A DNA stretch of 64,000 nucleotides from IMG/VR virus record IMGVR_UViG_3300031087_000527, positions 81,384 to 145,383 of that record. One strand, given 5' to 3'. A program made the translations under genes and the position numbers. Numbering within the stretch: the stretch's first letter is position 1; each line of letters begins with the position of its first letter. Below the pieces are notes generated by a model that saw only the letters and a program-made list of their open reading frames with translations, did no database searches and was not told the DNA's origin. Positions 8,461 through 18,547 of the stretch are shown here, piece by piece. This DNA comes from a virus. Taxonomy: Duplodnaviria > Heunggongvirae > Uroviricota > Caudoviricetes.

Positions 8461-8539
8461 CTAAACAATAAAAGAGTCTTGCTCAGCAAGGCTCTTTTGC
8501 ATATAAAAAAGAAAAATATTAACGAATACAGAGGATAAT

Positions 8540-9109
8540 ATGACAAAAAAAATCATTGAAGTAGTCGAGCCGCTGGATAAGAGTAGACTAAAGCGTCTGT
8601 TTTCAGGTGAGATGACGCTGCATGAGTTTAATTATTTTAAAGAGGAAATAGATAATCGACTGTTTTATTTTTTATCCTTAGCTGCGCAGATGTCAGATGC
8701 TGAGATTTCTTGGTTTGACTATGGTAATGGTGATAGCGAAAGCGAGAGTAATGGTCATTTTGATTATGAAGAATACAAGAAGGTCATTAAGGTGGTGGGT
8801 GCTACCTATAGTGAGGATGAGTATTTGCCAGAGCCGCCTCTTCTCGAAATGTATTTCAGAGAAGGACTTCCGGTTGAAGTGTTATGGTGCGATGCGGAAG
8901 AGAAAATCAAAAAGGATCTCGAAGATATTCACGCTTCTCTGAAAAGAGAGGAAGATGAAAAGCTGCGCAAAAGTCAGGAAGAAGCGCTAAAGCGAGAACA
9001 GGAACAAAAAGATTTGCTGAAAATGATGGAAGTTATTAAAGGCAAGCTTACACCAGAAGAGCTTGCGTATGTCAGTTTTTCTGTGCCTTCAGCTAAAAAA
9101 CGCACCTAA
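8540..9109 (+). CDS. Hypothetical protein
   Basis: GAGGA RBS; terminator gtcgcc-tccg-ggcggc follows. Confidence 0.8.
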   Translation: MTKKIIEVVEPLDKSRLKRLFSGEMTLHEFNYFKEEIDNRLFYFLSLAAQMSDAEISWFDYGNGDSESESNGHFDYEEYKKVIKVVGATYSEDEYLPEPPLLEMYFREGLPVEVLWCDAEEKIKKDLEDIHASLKREEDEKLRKSQEEALKREQEQKDLLKMMEVIKGKLTPEELAYVSFSVPSAKKRT

Positions 9110-9222
9110 TTAAGTCGCCTCCGGGCGGCTTTTTTGTTTTTCTCATCATATTTTTAATGATTTGGATTGATGTTTTTGGTATGATGTCATAATAAGTTTT
9201 AACAAACCAAACGAGGCTAAAA

Positions 9223-9432
9223 ATGTCCCTGATTATCCTGGCTACACCTGATGTGAAAATTGAGCAATCCCTGATTGAGTCCACGTTAGGTTCAGTAACT
9301 TTACGTGAAGAAGGCAAAACAATCTCAGGACAAGTATTTGCTATAAATGAAGGCGCAGTGGTCAATCTTAAAGGTGAGTTTTGGGTTTTTGATTATTGCA
9401 ATGCCTGTGAATGGAAAAAAGTAAGTTTTTAA
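9223..9432 (+). CDS. Hypothetical protein
   Basis: GAGG RBS. Confidence 0.65.
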   Translation: MSLIILATPDVKIEQSLIESTLGSVTLREEGKTISGQVFAINEGAVVNLKGEFWVFDYCNACEWKKVSF

Positions 9433-9570
9433 TAAGAAGCCTAGCTTCTTTGCTGTAAAAAATCATGGTTAGAGTAAATATTTTGTTGACTTTAACCTGA
9501 TGAGCGCGTAGAATAGCTTCATAGGTTGATAGAGACCTGAAACGTAAACTTAAACTTTGAGGTGATGTGT

Positions 9571-10089
9571 ATGAGCGGTATTAATAAGGTTATTCTGGTT
9601 GGTAATCTGGGTCAAGATCCTGAAATCCGTTATATCCCTAATGGTACGGCTGTATGCCAACTGTCTCTGGCGACAAGTGAAACATGGCGTGATAAGCAGA
9701 CTGGTGAAAACAAAGAGCTGACTGAATGGCATCGCGTGGTGCTGTGGGGTAAAGTCGCTGAAGTAGCCGCTGAATACCTGCGTAAAGGTTCTAAAGTTTA
9801 TATTGAAGGCGCTCTGCGCACTCAGAAGTGGAAAGACGATAAAGGTAATGATCGTTATACTACTGAAGTGGTCGTGTCTGGCAACAAAGGCACTATGCAA
9901 ATGCTGGGTAATGCTTCAGGCAATCAGCAAAGTGGTCAGCCACAACGCAACCAAAATCAAAATCGTCCGGCTCAGCAGCAGCCGCAACAACAAGCGCCGC
10001 AGCAGCAACAGCAGTTCTCTGGTCAGCCTCAGCAGGCGCAGTCAACCGCGAATACGCCGATGGATTTCGACGACGATATCCCGTTCTGA
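9571..10089 (+). CDS. ssb: Single-stranded DNA-binding protein
   Basis: [19 protein letters not shown]...TEWHRVV...KVYIEG; Gln-rich linker; DFDDDIPF C-terminus. Confidence 0.97.
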   Translation: MSGINKVILVGNLGQDPEIRYIPNGTAVCQLSLATSETWRDKQTGENKELTEWHRVVLWGKVAEVAAEYLRKGSKVYIEGALRTQKWKDDKGNDRYTTEVVVSGNKGTMQMLGNASGNQQSGQPQRNQNQNRPAQQQPQQQAPQQQQQFSGQPQQAQSTANTPMDFDDDIPF

Positions 10090-10168
10090 TAAACACACAC
10101 TATTAGGTCAGCATGTGCTGGCCTTTGGTTAAACTTAATCATTCATAACAAGACTTGGAGTAAATATC

Positions 10169-10426
10169 ATGGCAAAACCTGTAAAAGACACAAATAGCAT
10201 TGCGGATATCACCACTGAAGAGTTTGCGAAAGTAATCGCAAAGCTTGAGGGTTGGGCTGTTCGAACTCATGACATTTTGAAAGACATTTTACTAAAGCAA
10301 TGCAACGTTGTGGCGACTGCGAAGAAATACGATGTTTCTCGTCAGTATATCTACAAAACGGTTTCTCGCTTTAATGCCGTTCGTGATGAGCTGAAAACAG
10401 AAGAAGAAAAAGCAGGTCAGGCATAA
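10169..10426 (+). CDS. TrfB/KorA-like HTH transcriptional regulator
   Basis: DILL...VVATAKKYDVSRQYIYKTVSRF resembles plasmid KorA/TrfB repressors. Confidence 0.55.
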   Translation: MAKPVKDTNSIADITTEEFAKVIAKLEGWAVRTHDILKDILLKQCNVVATAKKYDVSRQYIYKTVSRFNAVRDELKTEEEKAGQA

Positions 10427-10533
10427 TGCTCTAATAAGGCAGCGTAGAAGTTGCCTTTAAATGAGAGATATTCAGTTAGGTTTATTTTCCTGAAAGCTTG
10501 CGCTGTGTTGAAAAATAGATTAATATTTAAATA

Positions 10534-10554
10534 ACCACCTTCGGGTGGTTTTTT
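10534..10554 (+). terminator. Intrinsic terminator (UUCG-loop family)
   Basis: accacc-ttcg-ggtggt-T run; near-identical copies at 35678, 36387, 58834. Confidence 0.85.
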
Positions 10555-10604
10555 GTTGCACGAAAATAAGCATTTGATATAATTAAATAAACTTAACAAA
10601 AGGA

Positions 10605-11078
10605 TTGATTATGAAAGAAGAGCGTGATGTATTTGAGGATTTGTTAATTGGTCGCACAGCAGATGGTGTTGCTGAGGCTTCGGATACTCTTGAAAAATCC
10701 ACTTATTTATATTTATGGAATAATGTGGTGAAAGATGGAAGCGGTGAAGTCAGAATGGAAAAGGTGTGGAAAGATTTGCCATTTGAGCATAAAGATAACA
10801 TTTTAAAAGATCTTGTAGTGCTTGATGAGCTTGAAAATGTGGAATCTCCTTCAGGTGATAAGGCTGTTTTATACAAGATGCGTGAAATAGATCTCATGGA
10901 AAGAATGATTTCAGGGAATATAGAAACAACAGATGCTGGTTTTGTCATCAAAATCAAAAAAGATGGTGTGGAGAGCATGGAAGGTTTTGTAACGGAAGAT
11001 CTGGCAAGAGAAAGGCATCTGCAGTTAGCTGAAGATTTTGATGTAGAGGCTCCGGCTCCGAAAAGACCACGTATATAA
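10605..11078 (+). CDS. Hypothetical protein with basic C-terminal tail
   Basis: AAGGA RBS; ends APAPKRPRI. Confidence 0.8.
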   Translation: MIMKEERDVFEDLLIGRTADGVAEASDTLEKSTYLYLWNNVVKDGSGEVRMEKVWKDLPFEHKDNILKDLVVLDELENVESPSGDKAVLYKMREIDLMERMISGNIETTDAGFVIKIKKDGVESMEGFVTEDLARERHLQLAEDFDVEAPAPKRPRI

Positions 11079-11160
11079 GTTAAAAAAGAAGGCGCTAAGC
11101 GCCTTCTTTAACATTATAAGAAAAAATATTTGCCGGGTCGCTTTAGGAAAAAATCTACTA

Positions 11161-11505
11161 ATGAGCAATTTTGGTTGTATCCAGAAAGCTCAAAGTGATA
11201 TGATAAACATGTTGAAACGAGTGGATGGGGATAGTCAAATGACGGCGATGATTAAAGCGAAAGAAGGTGTGTTGTGTCGTGATGCGTGGAACCCGGCTTT
11301 TATTGAGGCTGTAGCTGAGGGCGGTACCGTTGCTTCTAAAACACTAAAAGAGCACTATGCGTGTTTTAAAAGTGGCGCAACTGAAGATATAAGTGTTGCG
11401 ATGTTTGATGATAATAAAGAAGCTATGCGTGTGATGCGTGAGCTTCAGGCAGCAAATCAACTGAGCCTGACTGCAACCGTGTTGACGGTTGAGTTTTTGT
11501 TCTGA
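11161..11505 (+). CDS. Hypothetical protein
   Basis: ORF track; terminator follows. Confidence 0.7.
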   Translation: MSNFGCIQKAQSDMINMLKRVDGDSQMTAMIKAKEGVLCRDAWNPAFIEAVAEGGTVASKTLKEHYACFKSGATEDISVAMFDDNKEAMRVMRELQAANQLSLTATVLTVEFLF

Positions 11506-11550
11506 TCAAAAGAAAAACAAACATAAAGAGACGCTGCGGCGTCTTTTTTA

Positions 11551-11847
11551 TTGTCTTTAAATGGAATGTCTGATATGATAGTTATTCCTTTTCAAAGAGA
11601 GTTGCTTATGTTAAAGTTTCGTAGAAAATACTTTCTTGTTCAAGATCAAGAGTTCCCACGCACAAATAAAACTATTCGTGCTCCTTTTTTTGGACTAAGT
11701 AAAAGGTATTTAAAACTTGATGAAACCTACTCTACGTCTTTATCAAGAGCAAATAAGCATTTTAGTTTTTTGGGCTGGGCATTGATAGGCGTTGAGCCTT
11801 GGATGAAACTCACAGTGGAGGAGCGAGTTGCTCTTCTTGATGAATAA
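11551..11847 (+). CDS. Hypothetical protein (true start probably near 11608)
   Basis: ORF track; annotated start overlaps a promoter. Confidence 0.6.
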   Translation: MSLNGMSDMIVIPFQRELLMLKFRRKYFLVQDQEFPRTNKTIRAPFFGLSKRYLKLDETYSTSLSRANKHFSFLGWALIGVEPWMKLTVEERVALLDE

Positions 11848-11917
11848 AAAGAGATGCTTAGGCGTCTTTTTTGTTGTGTATGACTCCTCGTTTTGATATA
11901 ATGACAACACTTAAACG

Positions 11918-12628
11918 ATGAGAGTAAAGATGATGAAAAAGATTTCTGCTGCTGAGTTGCTGAAACTGAATAGTCAGGGTGTGTTATGGCATGGTGTTAA
12001 TGGTCATCACGTTCTGGATATTCTTAAGCAGGGATATTTTGAGCCACACACGTCTCATCGTTTTTGGGCTGATGGCATTCGTCGTAAAGACAACGATGCT
12101 GCCTATGAAGATTCTAAGTGGATGTATGGCTGGTCAATGAGTCGTGATCTGACTGTTTCTCGTGGTTTTGGTGATATTCTGTTTGTATTTGAAAAAGTCG
12201 AAATCCAGAAGCAATTTAAGGTTAAGCCTTACTGCTGGGGCTTTAGTATGAGAAACTCATTTAGCCATAAGCGCGAGAAAGAAGATTTCGTGTTAAGTGG
12301 TGGTGTGGTTAACTCTAAAAACAGCTATGAGCAGCGTTATGCTGAGCTGGAGAAAGAGCTTGATTCACTGGAAAATATTATCTATTCAAAAGAAAAGACA
12401 CTTGATCAGAAAGATGTGGCGCGTTTACGTCTGGCTGAGGTTGAAGCAGAAATGGATAAAACCAACTTCATGCGTGATTTTTGTAATCCTCATGGCAAGA
12501 ACCTGCCAGTTTCTAAAGCGAAGGGCTTCTTCATTAATATTTCTAAGGAAAGTATTATGGATGAGTCTGAGTTGAGTGCCGATCATAAGAAAATGATGGA
12601 ACATCCTATGTTCTTAGGTTTTATTTAA
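11918..12628 (+). CDS. Putative ADP-ribosyltransferase-fold protein
   Basis: LWHG...SMSRD...EKEDFV order mirrors the ART H/R-S-E motif layout. Confidence 0.4.
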   Translation: MRVKMMKKISAAELLKLNSQGVLWHGVNGHHVLDILKQGYFEPHTSHRFWADGIRRKDNDAAYEDSKWMYGWSMSRDLTVSRGFGDILFVFEKVEIQKQFKVKPYCWGFSMRNSFSHKREKEDFVLSGGVVNSKNSYEQRYAELEKELDSLENIIYSKEKTLDQKDVARLRLAEVEAEMDKTNFMRDFCNPHGKNLPVSKAKGFFINISKESIMDESELSADHKKMMEHPMFLGFI

Positions 12629-12645
12629 GCAAAGAGGAAAAATAA

Positions 12646-13095
12646 ATGTCTTATTATGTTAACGTGGAAAAAGAAGGTCAGGAAACTAAGGTAAAAGGCT
12701 TTGCTCTTGGGAAAGAGTTTGTTGTAGCTTCAGGCAAACCAGGTGGTGAATGGACAGTGGATTTCAAAGAAGGATTTCCGAAAGATCTGGATAGCTGCGT
12801 GGAGTTTGCTAATGTAGTAAATAGCGTCATGATTGAAGCTAAAAAACTGTGTATTGAAAGCAATGTCAGAATTGTAGATTTTGCTTTTGCGAGTTTTTCT
12901 GAAGAAGATCTGGAAACCCAACTTACTGATGAAATCTATGATTTAGGCACGCGCTATGACATGGAAGTTGAAGAAGTGCGTAAAGTTATGTTTCGTGATA
13001 CCGATGGGCGTCTATTTGAGATCACATATAGTTGTTATCTGGAGTATGATCATACTGAACATCTTCAAGTTGATTCATACGAAGAAATTAAATAA
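12646..13095 (+). CDS. Hypothetical protein
   Basis: GAGGA RBS. Confidence 0.8.
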   Translation: MSYYVNVEKEGQETKVKGFALGKEFVVASGKPGGEWTVDFKEGFPKDLDSCVEFANVVNSVMIEAKKLCIESNVRIVDFAFASFSEEDLETQLTDEIYDLGTRYDMEVEEVRKVMFRDTDGRLFEITYSCYLEYDHTEHLQVDSYEEIK

Positions 13096-13156
13096 TTATT
13101 GTCATTAAAATGGGCCTGTTATACAATGGGCCTACTTTAATAAAGAGGTCATAGTA

Positions 13157-13396
13157 ATGAAATCTGAAGGCGTAAAAGACGTAGCAAAATGGTTGAAAAA
13201 AGAGATTCGTAAGGCTAAAAAAGCGCTGGAATCTGCAAAGAAAGACCGTGCTGATTTTGGTATGTATGAGGATTGCGGCGATAGCTATGAAGGTAATGTT
13301 ATTGAAGCGCAATCGGCTCTTGACACGCTGATTCATATTAAGATTAAAACAGAGCGTTATGCCAAAAAGTTAAGACATCAAGAACAAGGTCAGTAA
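13157..13396 (+). CDS. Hypothetical protein
   Basis: GAGG RBS. Confidence 0.75.
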   Translation: MKSEGVKDVAKWLKKEIRKAKKALESAKKDRADFGMYEDCGDSYEGNVIEAQSALDTLIHIKIKTERYAKKLRHQEQGQ

Positions 13397-13447
13397 AACT
13401 TGATTAACGCGCCTTCTCTTTGTATGTTTAAAACAAAAGGAGGTGTG

Positions 13448-13678
13448 ATGAGGAAATATTTTAAAAGATACATTCAGATAGCATTGGTTATAGATTTCCT
13501 GATAATCATGCTGATTTATAGGCTTGACGTTGGATTAAACGATTATGTTCACTCAGGCGTATTTGGTTTTGTATCAGGTGCGTTTCTCTTCATAACAGGA
13601 GGGATGATGGCGTTCTGGTTGGTGGTCTATCTGTTAACTAAATTTATTTCACTGATTTCAAGTGTTATAAGATCATAA
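13448..13678 (+). CDS. Two-TM membrane protein
   Basis: GGAGG RBS; two hydrophobic stretches. Confidence 0.65.
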   Translation: MRKYFKRYIQIALVIDFLIIMLIYRLDVGLNDYVHSGVFGFVSGAFLFITGGMMAFWLVVYLLTKFISLISSVIRS

Positions 13679-13713
13679 AAGATAAAGCATAGCTTCGAAG
13701 CTATGCTTTTTGT

Positions 13714-14124
13714 TTAAAAGAAATCGCTATTCCGCACAAACTCAATATGAGTTATTATATCATTAGGAAACAGTTTTTCCATATTTGCTTTTTCTTCCAG
13801 ATATTCGCCTTGATCAAAATATGTAATCGTCTGAGAGTATGTAGACAAAGAGCCATCCTCGTCAAACTCCTCGCGGGAGATGTAACGATCTTCGATAATG
13901 ATACCAATAACAAAATCCGCATAGTCATCTACATCCACAAGCGAAACATCATCATGAAGACTAAGTTTGTTTGATACAACCTCATGTAAAGAGCTGTCTT
14001 CAATCTCATACATTTCTTCTTCAGTAAAGGTGATGCCTCTCTTTTCTAAAAACTTAAACAGGTTGGATGTGTCGCCAGAAATATAAACGCCAATTATACG
14101 ATAATAGTCTGTGTTAATACTCAT
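13714..14124 (-). CDS. Acidic hypothetical protein
   Basis: GAGGA RBS on minus strand. Confidence 0.75.
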   Translation of the reverse strand: MSINTDYYRIIGVYISGDTSNLFKFLEKRGITFTEEEMYEIEDSSLHEVVSNKLSLHDDVSLVDVDDYADFVIGIIIEDRYISREEFDEDGSLSTYSQTITYFDQGEYLEEKANMEKLFPNDIITHIEFVRNSDFF

Positions 14125-14261
14125 TTTTTTCCTCTTGTTGTTTGGGATATTTTACGTTGAGATGACGGGAGATGTCAAAAATAAAGAAACGCCTAAAATT
14201 AGTTGTTGTCTTTTATTATTAAGCTATTGTATAATGGTCTAAATCGAAAAACTGGAGTAAG

Positions 14262-14753
14262 TTGATGAAATTTTCTAAGCGTTATACTATTATGAATTTT
14301 TACGTTCGCGGTAGCAATCAGGTTCCTCAATATGGTCATGGTATGAACAACCTGTGGAAACAAGCGTGGGCCAAAGAGTTTTCTAAAGAGGCAAATGATC
14401 TCTTTATTGATTGGGCTTTTAAGGGTGAAACCGAAGTGTTTCTTCAGGGCGGCGATGATGAAGCTATGGAAAAACTGTTTGCTGAACTGGATGCGATCAA
14501 GCATTTACCTTCTGCGAAGTTTAATGAGCCGGGTCTGCGCGGAACCTGCACAGTAGTAACTTTCGTTGCGGATGAGCGCATTGTTTCAGGTAATGACTAT
14601 GTTCGAAACAACCGCCTGACTCCGGTGAATGTGGTAGAAAGTCTTAAAGGCACTCTGGTTGACCATGTGGATGCTTATAAAGAGCCATTTGTTTTGACTA
14701 ATGATGAGATCGCGATTATTTCAAAAATCGCCTTCATGCCGCTGGCATCGTAA
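14262..14753 (+). CDS. Peptidyl-tRNA hydrolase PTH2-like protein
   Basis: QYGH...W...EVFLQGG...LPSAKFNEPG...TCTVVTF matches the PTH2 motif order. Confidence 0.5.
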   Translation: MMKFSKRYTIMNFYVRGSNQVPQYGHGMNNLWKQAWAKEFSKEANDLFIDWAFKGETEVFLQGGDDEAMEKLFAELDAIKHLPSAKFNEPGLRGTCTVVTFVADERIVSGNDYVRNNRLTPVNVVESLKGTLVDHVDAYKEPFVLTNDEIAIISKIAFMPLAS

Positions 14754-14823
14754 TATAAAAGCCTCACTCCGGTGGGGCTTTTCTTTTTAAGAAGAATTTA
14801 TTAAATAATCAAAAAGGTAAAAT

Positions 14824-15126
14824 ATGAAGCGCAAAGTATCACAAAGAGGATTTCGGCTGAGTGAGTTTAAAGATAAGATGGGAGAGAAATGCAGCATTCA
14901 AGAAAGCAGCATTATGGATAATGGTGGGCTGATCTGGCTTGGCTGTGATGATGTTGGTATTAAGCATTTGAGCGAGGATGGTTGGAAAGATATTGATCTG
15001 AAAAAGCTGTTAGGTGATGGAGAGATTGTGTCAAATACACGTATGCTACTCTCTCAGTCAATGGTGAAGAAGCTATTGCCGCTGCTTGAACACTTCGCTG
15101 AGCATGGCTCTCTGCCTAGCGAGTAA
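14824..15126 (+). CDS. Hypothetical phage-type protein
   Basis: RGF...FKD...CSIQESS...IWLG...RMLLSQ. Confidence 0.75.
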   Translation: MKRKVSQRGFRLSEFKDKMGEKCSIQESSIMDNGGLIWLGCDDVGIKHLSEDGWKDIDLKKLLGDGEIVSNTRMLLSQSMVKKLLPLLEHFAEHGSLPSE

Positions 15127-15303
15127 TTTAGCTGCCTCAGTTATTTTTGACAAAATAAAATATGTAGATTATATTTGGGAAGGTTCGCAACCTTCCCTTC
15201 TCATTTTATGGTTAATAGCGATTAAGCCTCTTTCATAAACTTAATATTCATATTGTATTTTTGACAACGAGAAGACTCATTATAAATATAATAAGGATAA
15301 GCT

Positions 15304-16509
15304 ATGCTATTAACTAAAACTTTGAAAAACACTCCTCAAGATATTTCCTCTTTTGCTGAAAATATTGCAATAAAAACAGGTGTCGATTCCTATCATGTAA
15401 AAAATATTGTTTCACAAATAAAAGGCTATTCTGATTTTAGTGAACTTACTCAAAAAATAACACATGAAAATAATGATTCTTTGTGCTTAAAATATAACGC
15501 ATTCCTGTCTAAATGCGATTATGCATCTCTTGTCTCGTTGGTGGCGGAAATGGATAAAATGGAAGTCAATGACATCTGCGCCAATGATGTGAAGCCTCAA
15601 GAAATAATAATGATATCCAGAGGTAAAGCTGTAAATTTAAAAAACCCTTATGCTGAAATAAGCCTCTCTGCTGTGGGGTTTTACGCTGAGAGAATGAAAA
15701 ATATTAATAACTTGAAGCAGAAAAAATGCCTGACTGATCTTATTTGTGATTCTTTCAGTATAAAAATTGATGGCAAGATTTATTCTATCTATTTCAATAT
15801 AATGAAATGTTATTCGAATAATAACAAAGGTCCTAAATATTCGTTATGTTTTTCAATATTACATAAGCAAATAAAATCATTGTATGATTTTAATGATGAT
15901 TTGTTTATAGATAGAGATGTTATGAAAGATTTAAGTTTTAAAATAAAAGAAATTAATCCGATATTAAAGCATAATAATGTTCTTAATGAGATTTCAAAAT
16001 GCGCTGGTCTAAAAGGATGGAATGTCCATAATAAAATATTATCTGAAAGCGCTCAAGTTAATCACTGTATGATAATAGATGCTATTAAGGAAATAAATAA
16101 AATAAGTTTAGATAATTTCACATTGAGTATAAAAGAGCGGGAATTTTATACTGTTTTAAAAAAGATAGTGTTATGGATGTTTGATAATACAATCAAAGAA
16201 ATCGCCTTTTTTGATAAAACGATAACGTATGGCAAAATAAATCAAGAAGTAATCAATATAAGTGTCAGCGATAAAGGTTATTCAGATGCCTGCCTGTTAT
16301 TTAATAAAATATTTAATGATGAATTGTCGTTTAATTTAACTTTGTATTTGAATGATGATTGTATATCCCATAAAGAATACAGGAATGTGCGGTTGAAAAT
16401 ATGTGATTTAGAAACGGGGCATAATAGAAGATATGCGTATTGTTCAATACTTTTACATGAAAATAGTTTTAAGATAATACTTGATGGTATAGATAAAGAA
16501 GATCTTTAA
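15304..16509 (+). CDS. Very AT-rich hypothetical protein (401 aa)
   Basis: Long ORF, AAGGA RBS, visibly more AT-rich than neighbours. Confidence 0.75.
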   Translation: MLLTKTLKNTPQDISSFAENIAIKTGVDSYHVKNIVSQIKGYSDFSELTQKITHENNDSLCLKYNAFLSKCDYASLVSLVAEMDKMEVNDICANDVKPQEIIMISRGKAVNLKNPYAEISLSAVGFYAERMKNINNLKQKKCLTDLICDSFSIKIDGKIYSIYFNIMKCYSNNNKGPKYSLCFSILHKQIKSLYDFNDDLFIDRDVMKDLSFKIKEINPILKHNNVLNEISKCAGLKGWNVHNKILSESAQVNHCMIIDAIKEINKISLDNFTLSIKEREFYTVLKKIVLWMFDNTIKEIAFFDKTITYGKINQEVINISVSDKGYSDACLLFNKIFNDELSFNLTLYLNDDCISHKEYRNVRLKICDLETGHNRRYAYCSILLHENSFKIILDGIDKEDL

Positions 16510-16621
16510 ATATTATAGTTAAGATAACGAGAAAAAGCTGCCTGGAGGTGGCTTTTTTCGTATACAACAGCCTGAGAATCCTCTATACTAAGACAATACT
16601 GAATACTTTTAAGGAGATGGA

Positions 16622-18451
16622 ATGTCTAAGTTGATTGTTGGACCTAATGATGTTTTTGTGGTTGAAACTGCAGAAATCAGAGAAATGGCTGAGAAAAATG
16701 GAGTTACTCGCGCTGTAGAAATGCTGGATGAGACTGGCTCAACGTTCGTTAAGCTTATCTTTGAAGAAACTGAGAAAGGCTTTATCGAGCCGCGTCACGA
16801 GTTTCTCGATCAGAATAAAAGCAAGATTGAAAATGCTGAGATGCCTCTCAGCCCTGATGATATGCTCAGTTTTATTGGCAAATTCAATAATGTTGAGCAT
16901 ATTAAAGGCTTGCCTAATAATGGTGAAAAGCTTAGAACAAGAAATTCTGCTGTGAAAACAGATTATGACGTTTTCCATGATGGAGATGTTTTTCATATTC
17001 CTTATAATGATTTTATTGAGGCGATGAGAAGAATTTCGCATGAGCATTATCTTCCCAAATATGAACGTATGAAAGAATATGGTGTTGAGCATATCTTATT
17101 TAGCTTTCATTACCATGATGGGCGTAAGAATGCAGGTAATAAGTTATATGGTTTATTTGAAGAAGAAAAGGTGTCCCAAATTAATCCGTATTACACAATG
17201 GAGTTTGATATTTGGGCAGTAGGTGCTCAGGGTCGCTATTTTTATGAAGGCTACAGTAAAATTAAAGATGAAAGCCAAAGAGAGTTTGAGACCATTAATA
17301 GCCTTAAAACAATGAATCGTGATTATATTGAAGCAATGGATAATAAAGACATTAGTTTTAACCATTCTCGTATGGGTCATTTAAATATAGACCGTTTCTT
17401 TAATGATTATGATTTAGCACGTAATCTAAGTCATGTCGGTAATGTAAGTAATGATGAAAGAGCCTATGCTTCCCCATCTGAAATTATCCCATTAGTGAAT
17501 AAAGTTGTAGGTAGAAAATATACTGTTCAGGATGGGGATAGTTATCATATTCTAGCATCTAGCCTGAGTAATGAGATAAAGAAAAAATACGATATTGATG
17601 ATACTGTAAATATTCTTTTGGTTGACGTAAAAGCTAATAGTGTAGAGTCAAAATACCTTAATATTGAGACGAGCTTTGTGAGTGGAGTTAAATCAGTGAA
17701 AGGGCCGTCATTACTGGTTCGAGAATTTGATGAAATCCTTTCTTCTTCTGATCAAAGTCAAGGTCAGGTTTTAATCAACAGGAAAAATCCTGAGATATTA
17801 ATCTCAAGAAGAGAAAATCAGGATAAAAAACTCTCCGCTCAGATTCCAGGTGTGAGCCTTGACAAGCCCTACTTAATCAATGTGGCAGATCTTGAGGCTT
17901 TAAATAATGCTGGACTCAATAAGCAGCTTGAAAAAGTGAAAGCGTTAGGTAATACCGAAGTATTAGTGGCTATCAAAAAAGATTTGCCTTACAAGCTTAA
18001 TGGAAGGACAGATATTTTAACGCATAAGTATAACAAAGAAGTGGATTTCAACCTTGAGCAGTTCCCTGAGCTGGATGTTTATGTGTTTAATAATCAGACA
18101 GGTAAAGGCTATGATCCTGCTGTTCTTAAATCTATGACAGTTGAATCTATTTTAAAAGATCAGGATGCGGCTAATCAGGCGCTGACTGAAAAATCTGATG
18201 ATAGTGTTTTCCCGACTAATGACAGAAGCCTGAAAAGTGCCAGTATTTATTCATTAGGCGCTAATGATATCTTCACGCTGTTAAAAGATAAGTCTCCGCT
18301 TATGAAATCAAGCTTCAGGACTGGTTTTTTCAGTGAAAAGACAGAGTTTAACCTTTACATGGTAAGCGCCATCGGTAAAGAACGTGTAAAGGAACTGTCT
18401 CAAGATTTAAATGAAAATCAAGAGGTTTCTTCTAGGCCAAGAATGCGTTAA
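16622..18451 (+). CDS. Large hypothetical protein (609 aa), paralog of next gene
   Basis: AAGGAG RBS; shares GPND, EYG.HIL, PYY, LKALGN..VLV motifs; ends SSRPRMR. Confidence 0.85.
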   Translation: MSKLIVGPNDVFVVETAEIREMAEKNGVTRAVEMLDETGSTFVKLIFEETEKGFIEPRHEFLDQNKSKIENAEMPLSPDDMLSFIGKFNNVEHIKGLPNNGEKLRTRNSAVKTDYDVFHDGDVFHIPYNDFIEAMRRISHEHYLPKYERMKEYGVEHILFSFHYHDGRKNAGNKLYGLFEEEKVSQINPYYTMEFDIWAVGAQGRYFYEGYSKIKDESQREFETINSLKTMNRDYIEAMDNKDISFNHSRMGHLNIDRFFNDYDLARNLSHVGNVSNDERAYASPSEIIPLVNKVVGRKYTVQDGDSYHILASSLSNEIKKKYDIDDTVNILLVDVKANSVESKYLNIETSFVSGVKSVKGPSLLVREFDEILSSSDQSQGQVLINRKNPEILISRRENQDKKLSAQIPGVSLDKPYLINVADLEALNNAGLNKQLEKVKALGNTEVLVAIKKDLPYKLNGRTDILTHKYNKEVDFNLEQFPELDVYVFNNQTGKGYDPAVLKSMTVESILKDQDAANQALTEKSDDSVFPTNDRSLKSASIYSLGANDIFTLLKDKSPLMKSSFRTGFFSEKTEFNLYMVSAIGKERVKELSQDLNENQEVSSRPRMR

Positions 18452-18547
18452 GAAAGAAAAAGCCACTTTAACCAGTGGCTTTTTTGTATACAGGATTAAG
18501 CTAATCAGTTATAATGTTAAAATCAAAGAATACATTAAGGAAGCAAA

